From Novakomyces olei (taxonomy: Eukaryota), in NCBI GenBank assembly GCA_016906335.1, contig JADEYG010000007.1, forward strand, positions 1,302,001 through 1,366,000: DNA of 64,000 nucleotides, in the 5' to 3' direction. Below are positions 29,027 through 38,900 of this stretch, piece after piece. The position numbers and the translations under genes were made by a program. Below the pieces are notes generated by a model. The model made no database searches, was not told the DNA's origin, and saw nothing but the letters and a program-made list of their open reading frames with translations. How positions within the stretch are numbered: position 1 is the first letter of the stretch; every line of letters starts with the position of its first letter.

Positions 29027-29527
29027 CCCCGCTAAGCACAGTTCCGCTGCCAATAAAAGTGGGCACTCGGGCGCCGACTGGGTCTAGTGTTGCTCTGGGG
29101 AAATGTAATACTATAAGAGCCTATTATGGGGTTGCTCCGGGGAATTTTCCCTTACCTTTTTCTTAGGATAATTAATTATATTACTTTGTGCTAACGTGTG
29201 CATAACCTGCAATATTATCGTACTCGCTCAATTTGAATTATTTTTGGACTCGTCACTCTTCGCTTGCATGTCCAGTTTGGGAAATGGGATGGAACATTAA
29301 GGTTCTTTTCACGTGCATTGCGTGGGGAAAAGCGATGCAGACGGAGCTTGATTTGTTTGTCTGCAAGCTGTCTCTTGCCTTCCACATAGAAAATACATTT
29401 ATTATTATTTCTTTGTACACCTTTCAGCCGCTGCTGCAGCTGTTTCTTTCATCTGCAATTTTACTTGTTCGTGTAACGCGTCGCATTCCGCTTAAGGCTG
29501 ATGGCTTGTTGCACCAACAACCTGGGG
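29027..29527. promoter_or_regulatory. Cluster of five SYGGGG boxes (CreA/Mig1/Scr1-type) upstream of GUT1
   Basis: GCGGGG (- strand) 29027, CTGGGG 29095, CCGGGG 29137, GTGGGG 29322, CTGGGG 29522; factor identity inferred. Confidence 0.5.
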
Positions 29528-29772
29528 ATAGTCGGCCGCCTTGGGAATATCTAAAATTCACTCACTCATTGCGAGTGCGCTTAGCTTTGATTATATGGGA
29601 ATATATGTCTGATAAACAAGTAATGCTAGTGTCTGCAAGTAAGCAATATTAGTTGCGTATTTTATCTCGACTGCAAGCAGTTTTTGTCTCAACGCACAAG
29701 TAATACTAATCTGTAATCGAGCACTCATAGTAAACGTAGCCAAACTTTTGACTGCTATATACCAAGTGCCCA

Positions 29773-29796
29773 GCCCTACCCTATACGACAGTCACG
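29773..29796 (+). promoter_or_regulatory. Homol E (GCCCTACCCT) and Homol D (CAGTCACG) ribosomal-protein promoter boxes
   Basis: Near-exact matches to the S. pombe consensus ACCCTACCCT and CAGTCAC(A/G), in E-then-D order, 74-97 nt upstream of the RPL8 ATG. Confidence 0.85.
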
Positions 29797-29869
29797 CAAG
29801 TACCGTGATGCACAACAACAACAGCTACACAGGAAGCTCTGAACCAAATTATTCCCTTATCCCTTCATT

Positions 29870-31086
29870 ATGGTAAGTCAGTCTTCTCTAACAGACTGTG
29901 CGGCGGAAGCAACGGGATTATAAACCGATGCTATCTCTGCAGACTTGCAGCGTGTTATCCTAGTATTACTCTTGCGTTTGCATGAGCATTGCATGAGCAT
30001 AGATGATTATCTTTGACAGGTTTTCAACCTTTGGGTCTTTGGACTGGCAATCGTTTATGTACTGCGCAACTAGGAGCGGTCGGTGACAAATCAGATTTGT
30101 CGCCGACAGGCATTAGGCTTGTTCCTTTTGCAGCCAATGAAGGTTCATCGCTAACCCGAGGCAATGGCTGTGTCTCTTGTGGACCCGTCCGCACAGAGAC
30201 TGTTAGAGATTATCCTATTTTTTTAATTTGAATCTGGGTTAACTCAATGACAGCCGCCCAAGTCGACAAAGAAGACGCCCGCCGCGAACCCCTTCCCCAC
30301 CAAGAAGGCAACGCAGGCCAAGAAGACAAAGAGCCCTCTCTTTGTAAAGCGTCCGAAGAACTTTGGCATTGGTAAGAAAAATAAGCACTAAAAGATTAAA
30401 TCTAACAGACAGGCCAGGATATCCAGCCAAAGCGTGATTTGTCTCGCTTTGTAAAATGGCCCGAGTATGTACAATTGCAGCGCCGCCGCAAGATCCTGAA
30501 CATGCGCCTCAAGGTCCCACCGGCTCTCGCTCAGTTCCAAAACACTTTGGACAAGAACACTGCCACTCAGGTGTTTAAGCTGCTCAACAAGTACCGCCCT
30601 GAGACCAAGGCCGAGAAGAAGGAGCGTCTCACCAAGGAGGCACAGGCTAAAGCTGATGGCAAAGACCCCAAGTCTGTCTCTGATAAGCCTTATGCCGTCA
30701 AGTTTGGGTTGAACCACATTGTTGCCCTCATTGAGGCCAAGAAGCCTTCGTTAGTCTTGATTGCTAATGATGTCGACCCTATTGAGCTGGTTGTCGTGCT
30801 GCCTGCACTCTGCCGCAAGATGGGTGTGCCTTATGCTATTGTGAAGAACAAGGCACGCTTGGGCACAGTCGTCCACCAAAAGAAGGCTACTGCTTTGGCT
30901 CTCGTAGACGTTCGCTCTGAGGACAAGAGCGAGCTGGCATCTGTTGTTTCAGCCCTCAAGGCCAACTACAACGACAAGTTCGAGCAAATCCGCCGCCAAT
31001 GGGGTGGAGGAATTCTTGGACCCAAGAGCGTTTCCCGCACTGAGAAGAAGCGCAAGATTCTGGAAGCGTCGGCTGTGAAGGCATAG
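29870..31086 (+). CDS. RPL8: 60S ribosomal protein eL8 (L8/L7a); coding exons 29870-29872, 30254-30371, 30413-31086
   Basis: M-PPKSTKK...[32 protein letters not shown]...[25 protein letters not shown]. Confidence 0.98.
29885..30209 (+). ncRNA. Structured cis-regulatory RNA in RPL8 intron 1 (long-range helix, hairpin, kink-turn)
   Basis: 29885-29906 pairs with 30185-30209; 13-bp hairpin 30079-30107; k-turn consensus 30133-30162. Confidence 0.72.
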
Positions 31087-31466
31087 GAGAAAATAATTGT
31101 GGAATTATACCTGAGCAATACTGTAGGCGTTGTACGGCTATAATAAATGTCTTGAAATAAAGGTTCGTGTTGTGACAATAGCACTATTGTAGATTCGTGC
31201 AATAGCCTAGTAAAAAGAAACCGTAGATCTTGTTATTTTTTGACTTTAGGACATTGACTCCAGATGTATTGGGGAAATGGAATGCCAACAAAACAAAATA
31301 TAGGAAACATCTTGAAAACAAAAAGATTAGAGTAACAGTCATAATTAAACGGTGTAAACTATTCAAATGTACTCTTGCAGCTATTGACAAACTATTTGAT
31401 TATCAATATGCCAAATTCAAGTGCAAATCGCAAATTTCGATTCCTAACTCTCATTCAATCGACTCC

Positions 31467-32888
31467 TTATGTCTTGTTTTTTTGTTCGGAAGCAATTTGC
31501 TCCTTTTTCAAATCCTTGTCCTCATCATTGACAGCATTAAGAGCTTGTTGCAGCAAAGCCTCACGTCGCTGGTCCAACTCAATTTCTGCATTTACGCGGT
31601 CTCTGTACACGTCAAGAGTCCTATTGTCCTCGTTGAACAAGTGCGTTCTCGGCAGTGCAACGTTGTTTGTGTGCTCACCGGCGGCACGGTTGACTTCCCG
31701 GATCGCTTGGCCCTCTCCAATCCAGCCTTTAACAATTAAAGTGAAAAGGATACTAGTGCCAACGACAAATGTCAAGATAAAACGGTACTGGTGGTACCAG
31801 GCAGGTGCCCAGCCGTTAGCAGCTGCCTGAGCATCAGCAAAGTACATGCCAACAAACCCGAAAAATTGGACGACAAGAGCAATATCCGTATTAAAAAGAA
31901 CAGTCGGCCAGGCCAGTAAGGGAGCAAGTACACCGAGCAAGTAGCGTCGGAACCCAAGGGCTCCACCGTAATTGGCCAGCTCGAGCCCCCAGTGAACAGC
32001 GCCGAGGAAGGAGAGAATGCAGGCACCATAGCCGACTTGGATAGGCTCCAGTAGCGAGAGAAGGTACTGGGCAGTTTCGGGGGAGACTTCCAGCCATTCG
32101 AGCCAATGCGGCAGAGTCACTTGAGTCGAAGGTACACCCATTTCTGTGCCCATTGCACTTCGTGCACCTCGGCTAATGTTCCAAGAAAGATACAAGGTGG
32201 AGGCAGACGTGAAGAGGTAAGGTACGAGTCCAGCAATTCCTATACTGAGAGCCTGAGGAGGGATACCACCAAAGGCAGAGCTAAGAGTTTTGAAGTCCTC
32301 CATGATTTTTTCCGACCCGGATTTAGTGCCCTTTGGGTCGTCGGGCGAAGTCTGCTCTGCATTGACACCAGTGTTGAATGTCGGTACGACAGTGGAACTT
32401 TCCTCCTTTACAAGTTAGCCATAAAAATAGTTGATACAAAATAGACAAATAAAATAAAATAAAATAATAATGATAAAATAAAAATATACTGAAATGAAGG
32501 AGGTTGGGTGCGCTTGTAAACAGTTGTATTCAAAACTTTCAAAGCTCTATCGAATTGAGCTCAACAAACGTCAAACAGAGAAAAGACGCACTCCAATTAA
32601 AGTATAATTTTAACCAATACAAACAAAAGTAGAATGGGCAAATGATTGTGAGTTAAAATGCTCATGAAAAAAGTCAAAACCAGGTCAACATACAGGACTC
32701 ATATGCTTGGAGCGTCGAAAGACGGCACTCGGTCTTGGCAATGCACGCATAAGAGATGCATTCAGTCCTCTGAAAGCAGTGCCTGCGCTGTGAGAGGCAA
32801 ACGGCCTTATAATTGTTGGACAGGCTTTCAATGCCGAGCAGCGAGCGCCATTGATAAGCCCCCCGGGCATATACGTACGCAAAATCAT
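31467..32888 (-). CDS. DUF3429/TMEM69-like mitochondrial membrane protein, 2 coding exons
   Basis: Arg/Ser-rich presequence exon; GIAGLVPY; QVGYGACILSFLGAVHWG; WAPAWYHQYRFILT. Confidence 0.85.
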
Positions 32889-33879
32889 GTCGTGTTCAAT
32901 GTAGTCAAGTGGCCCTCCGCAATTGAATACAAAGGAATTGTTCCTCGTCTCGTACCAAGAGCTTGGCTAGCAGGTGTAAACAAAAAGTATGCTTTCGCTA
33001 CTCAACTATACGAGACGATTGGTATGACGTGAAAGGACCAGACGCTTTGAAAGGCTCTGGTCCACGGTACTCGAAACTAGCGGCGCCTTGCCGATCGAGC
33101 CAAAATTTATGACATCAGAACCTGTACCGGGTTTTCTTTACACAATCATTTGGCGCAAAGAACGGACAAGTAATATCAGGGTAATGTTGCAGTAGCGATA
33201 CTTAAAAGTTGCTTGGAAATTTTACGAGTATAAAAGCGCGTGGAAACATTTTGCTCAGTAGCGTAAATGCGGCATTCTGAACAGTGTTACTCGAGTGGCT
33301 CGTTTCTTTGACCCCACGTCCACAGATGAGTGTCAGTTTCAGAATAGAGTAACGTGGCGTGCTCACCTGCAGTTCGTACCGTCCATACTATAATTGCAAT
33401 CTCTGTGTGGTACGCCGAGCTGCATTAAGGGTGACCCCATAAGGCTGATTTGGCAGGCGTTCTTGGACCATTAGTTGGATTGGGCCAGGAACTGTTGGCA
33501 GGCTACATACATAGACTTTGAATGGAATTGGCTTTAATGCAGACGAATCGATCTAGAGAGACTAGCAATGGAGAGTATAGAGTCTTTTCTGACAGTTTCA
33601 TGATATTTAGCCATTTTATTGTTCATTGGATTTATGTTTTTTACCATTATTTTTTGTTTTTTATTTTTTGTTTTTAATTTTTAATTTTTAATTCGTATTG
33701 AAACACTTCAGTAATTTGTAAAGAGAAAAAAATAATAATAGCAATTTCGAATATTTCCATTGGAAATTTTCCATATAATCCACAGCAGCAACATTACATA
33801 AGCCAGTTTCAAGTATAGATAACTGTCGTTAGGGGAATAGTAGAACTTTGAGATCAAATAGCCTTTAGACGCTTACACG

Positions 33880-34576
33880 ATGATTCGGCTGCTCCAGGAA
33901 GTGGGCCTAAAATCTGTACCGTTTTCGGCACGTGCACTGCACACTAGCACTCGATGTGCCAATTCGCAGCCACGAAACTTGCTTGCATATGATGCTGTAC
34001 GCGGTCGTGTGCAGGCGGCACGGCAATGTAAGCATCGATTTTAATTCGTTCTCATCTTTTTTCAACTTTTCTCATATTAGCAATGGCTTTTATCTAATTC
34101 TTCAGGGTCACGTTCACAAGTCGAAGTACGAAGTGCTGGAGTTTCGCGGTTCAATCAGCCCACATTCGAGACTGGTCAAATTTATACAGCGGAAGATTTA
34201 AATGTACGAAGTATTCGGGAGCGATCACTGGACAACGTTAATGCTACCAATGCCGGTGACATTCTTTCTCATTCCAACATCGATCCAAGCACTCTTTACA
34301 AGGTAAGATTCGCAAGAAACATGTGTTACAAAATTATTATTATTATTATTTAGTTTGCGTTTTCAGAGTTCTAAAGCCCAGCACTACAATATTTTGAGCG
34401 AATTCGTAACACAAATGGGCCGTATCAAGCCGCGGCGAATTACCGGTCTTTCATCAAAAAACCAGCGTCGTATAGCAAGGGCGATTCGGCGCGCTCGCGC
34501 TGCCGGGATCCTACCGGCGAATTCAAAGCATCCGGAGCGTCCGTTGCGTGCAGCTCAAACGAAATTGTCGCGCTAG
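33880..34576 (+). CDS. RSM18: Mitochondrial ribosomal protein bS18m, 3 exons
   Basis: [54 protein letters not shown]. Confidence 0.92.
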
Positions 34577-34610
34577 AAAATATAAATAAAATGATATTTG
34601 AGTGATCATA

Positions 34611-35538
34611 TCACAGTCCATGTTGCGGCATGCTACTTCCTTGCTCTAACTTTATATGATCTTGTGGGTTTGCTGCACTCTGTTATTCGTTAGCCTTTCC
34701 CAGTATATCTCACTTTGATCTCACCTCATAGAGCGTAATAACAGGATCCTTTCGAAGCTCGGTCCAGGAGCCGCGGAAGCCAAGGTACCACATTTCAGTG
34801 GTTTCGTCATCCGCTTCTTCAGCCCAATTTTTATCAAAAAACAACGCTACACTCCGCACATTATTGAACAATTGTGTTTTTAGCGGATACTCCACAATCT
34901 AGAATTAGCTGCAGCCAAATTGAGACAACAAGAGCAGTAAATCACTCAGAATGAGGGCAAACAAAGTAATGAGATGAATGTACATCAGAGGCTGTATCCG
35001 GCACAACCAAATCTAATTGCTGGACTGCCTTTTTGCTTTCAATTGTGTCAAAGTCGATACTGTCATCATTTAAATAGATCTTTAGCGAGCTGGGTGAGGA
35101 TTCTGTTGCAGGCGCCCGTAAAAGAATGCTCTTGAGTTTGCACAGGCCGGTGAAGCTAGATTTGTTAGCAAACTAAACGATAAAAAAGTAGTGAATAAGT
35201 CTTTTATTCCTTCATACGGCACTACAATTATGACCTGCGAGTCCGCGTCGCTTTGTAAACCCTTCGTACTTAGTATCGATTACTAGACAAGTCTAGTGAA
35301 AACGCTTCCTTAAATTGCACAGCTCTGCTCAGCCTATCTTGAAGCAGCCACTTACCTTGTCGGTAGCAAACCTTTCGTCCCACGGCCGCACTATCGCCTG
35401 GCCCATTCCGTCGTCTCGTACATTCAGTGCGCGTATATGTGAATGGTATATATAAGGGTACAGAGACTGTGAAGAAAACGTTTGTTCCGGCGGCGCATCG
35501 TGATCGTGCTCGTGCTCGCAGCGATGTGCGCTGACCAT
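34611..35538 (-). CDS. PITH domain protein (PITHD1-like), multi-exon
   Basis: C.HEHDHD..SLYPYI; SDADSQVIIVVP-FTGLCKLKSILLR; EYPLKTQLFNNV; YLGFRGSW; ITLYE-SAANPQDH. Confidence 0.9.
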
Positions 35539-35953
35539 AATTATACGCGCAAAATCCCAAGTTTATCTGCCCTTCTCTCGTGCGATCGGTGCCCCACGTG
35601 TGACTCGGACTAGTTTTATTAATATATGGGTTTTATTATTATATGGGCTCTTGAGATAATAATAATTGGTCTTCAATTACGATTCCACGCGTATATCTGA
35701 TATTATTTCCTATATTAATATGGAGCGCGAATCATACATATTATGACGGCCACATTTAAGTACTGTAAGCGTGTGGCGCGTCGATATAACGGATATTACA
35801 TATAAATCTATCGACTATACGCCCACACTGACGTCGGTACATACAATAATAAAAAGACGAGTTTGGTGTCGACGCAGAGCCTCTTTGATACTAAAGAGAC
35901 AAACAGCGCAATCGCGACTCTTGAACCGAGCGCTAGCGACGCTGAGGCTCGGA

Positions 35954-38900
35954 ATGTTGGAGTCGCTGGTGGCCGGTAATTTATATTTATATTTATACAC
36001 TCATATCTCTCTCTTTTTCATTTACAAAATAGTGCCGTAATGCTAAACTGCAGGTTTATTGAACCGCTTCTTGGGCGCGTACGTCGAAAATTTTGATCCC
36101 AAGCAATTAAATGTGCGTTGACTGGCTGTGTGTTTGTTGCTGCTGCTTACACTTAATTTAGATTGGAATTTGGAATGGCGATGTGAGGCTCGTGAATCTG
36201 CGATTAAAGAAGGAGGTAATTGGCAGCGTGATTCTGCACAGTATAGACGTCTCCGTCAAGCTAACACTGTACATTAGGCATTGGATAAGTTTCGGCTGCC
36301 TATAGATGTGGTAGACGGGCATTTGGGCGAGCTCAAATTGCAGATCCCGTGGTCGAATTTGAGGGGGAAACCGGTCCGGGTCACAATTACTGACGTCTAT
36401 CTTGTCAGCTCGACAGCAAAGGATAGCGAGGTATGCTGAAATTCGTAAAAGAGAAGCAAAGGGAAAACATATCGTGGTTTTTGGAACCGGATGCACAATA
36501 CTTTGATTGATCATCACCTGCTCACCGCAAATAGTACAATGAGGAAGAGGAGCGGAAGCGTCAGCACGCTCTTAAAATGGAGCAGCTGGATAACGCCGAG
36601 ATTTTGAAACAGGAGAGTGATCTCGCTCCTTCATCTGAGGATGGGAAGGGCAAAAGCTTTACTGATAGCCTTGTCACAAAGGTAAGTTGGCTCCTATCTG
36701 TTTCGAGATCTGGCTCTGTTCTTTATACTGGATAGTTGAATGAAATCTTTTTCTGTTTTGTCTTGCTTTTATATTTCTTTTCTTTTCTTTTTGCGGATTG
36801 GTTACGCTGTTTGGCTTGCTTGCGCGTTCCACCACAAGATGCTATACTAAATTGTGCAGATTGTCGACAATCTTCAGATTACAATCCAAAATATTCATGT
36901 CCGCTACGAGGACAGAACAAGTGTCGAGAACCTGCCTTTTGCGATAGGTTTCACGTTGTCTGAAATTTCAGCCGTTTCGACCGACGAGAATTGGAAACCT
37001 GCTTTTATACACAACGATGTGAACGTTATCAACAAGCTTGCCACGCTCAATTCTATGTCTGTTTATTACCAAACCCACTCACAAATGATTCAAGATAATC
37101 AAAATCGGGAGGCATTATTACGAGATATGAAGAGCATGATTTCGTCAAAAGATTCATCCTTAGCAGTTGGCGAGGTAGCCACCGATCAGCTTGTTCTAAG
37201 ACCAGTTTCTGGTACAGGTCAAATGTCTTTGAGCAAAATAGTGCTGGATCCGAATACGCCAAAGAGTATTGTCAGACTTTTATTTGACGAGTTTGCACTT
37301 GCCCTTGACGACGAGCAGTACTTCAGTGCTCTAAAGCTTTTTGATCATTTTCAAGTTCTTGTGCGCCGCCAGCAATATCGAAAATTGAGACCCACAGGTT
37401 GCACTCCAAAAGAAAATCCTCGAAAATGGATTCAGTATGCAGGAAAGTCTATTCTAAATGAGATTCATGCGCGCAATTACGTGTGGACATGGGAGCATTT
37501 TGCTAAACGCCGGGATCAGCGAAATGCCTATGTAGCGCTATTCAAAAAGAAATGTGTTGGAAGCATATCGCCCGATGACGACAAGAGCCTGTCAGACTTG
37601 GAATGGGATCTTTCTTATCAGGATATACGATTTTATCGATCTATAGCACGAATGCAGTTGCGTAAAGAAAAAGTCAAGCAGCTTCCTGTTATTTCAAAAG
37701 AGGCACAAGAAGCTCAAAAGCCTCCGTCCGAGAGCAATTCCAATGAGCAGTCCCAGCAGCCTCAAAAGCAGCAGCAAAGAAAGCAAGGCTGGGTATCGTG
37801 GGTGTGGAATAGTGTTGGATACGCGGATAATGCTTCTAACCAGTCTGGCAAGGGCGATCCTGATACGGTGATGAACGAAGAGCAACGCAAGGAACTGTAC
37901 CAGGCCATTGAGTGGGATGAGAAGAAAGCTATGATGGGCTCGCTTGATACGTCGCAGCTGGAAACGAAGTTGAAGCTCAGTACTCTACTCAATAAAGGAA
38001 GTTTTACACTTTTACAGAGACACAATAAGGGTCCCTTTGAGAGTCATAACATTAAGACTGACAGCAAAGGTCAAGTAAATTCTGTGCTGCGATCAGAGTT
38101 TGAAAATATGAGCTGTGAATTCTTGCAAAAATCGGACTCCGTGAGAGCTTGCTTGAGTCTGGAAAATATGCAGGTCTTTGATGGGACGCAACAGAATCAA
38201 AAGTACCAGAAAATTCTTCGTGTGCTTGACGGTGCTCGAAAGCAGGGCCAGAGCGGCGAAAAGCAAACGTCCAAACCAGCAGGCCAGCAAGAGTCTGCGA
38301 ATCAAGATCAGCCATTGTTCCTGGCTGTTGTGGAAACAAATCCGGCCGATACCGATGCGGATTCCCGTGTTATAATCGGACTGCGGCCAATGCAAATTCT
38401 GTATAATCCAAGGTGCATTGAGCGGGTTGTCAATTTCTTCAAACCGCCAGCCAGTGAGCTTGAGAGCATTAATGCTCTTGTTGCAATAGCCAACAGCACA
38501 GTGCAAGAGCTATCCAACTACACTCGAGCCGGACTGGAGTTTGCATTAGAGGAACACAAGCAGGTGGACGTTCAGCTGGACATGCAAGCGCCATTGATAA
38601 TAATACCAGAAAATTGCAGTGATGACGTGTCGACTTGTCTCGTGTTTGACGCTGGTCATATAGCGATGAATAGCAAACTAATCAGCAAAGATCAAATCAA
38701 AGAGATTCAGCAGAAACAAAAGCAGCTTTATACAAAAGAGGATTATGAAGCTCTGACGAGTTTGATGTACGACCGCTTTATACTTCAGCTCGAATCGACG
38801 CAGTTAATGCTACTTCCATCCATTGACCATGTTACTACTGATTTGGGCGAGAAGAAGGCAATGGCCGGCCGGATACTGGGTCCAATAAGTGTGGCTTTGA

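Noticed and set aside
29005-29170. RNase MRP RNA on the - strand (GGAAAAUUCCCCGG resembles CR-I; ends in a T-run)
   Set aside because: No CR-V (GGGGCUnAnU) partner or GARAR loop, and too short; better explained as repeated SYGGGG sites
30136-30162. SECIS element (AUGA...GA core)
   Set aside because: Helix far too short, no apical AA loop, intronic location, and no in-frame TGA in the host gene
30100-30240. U4 snRNA gene (the k-turn resembles the U4 5' stem-loop)
   Set aside because: No U6-pairing stem I/II sequences or proper Sm site flanked by 3' stems; it lies inside a pre-mRNA intron
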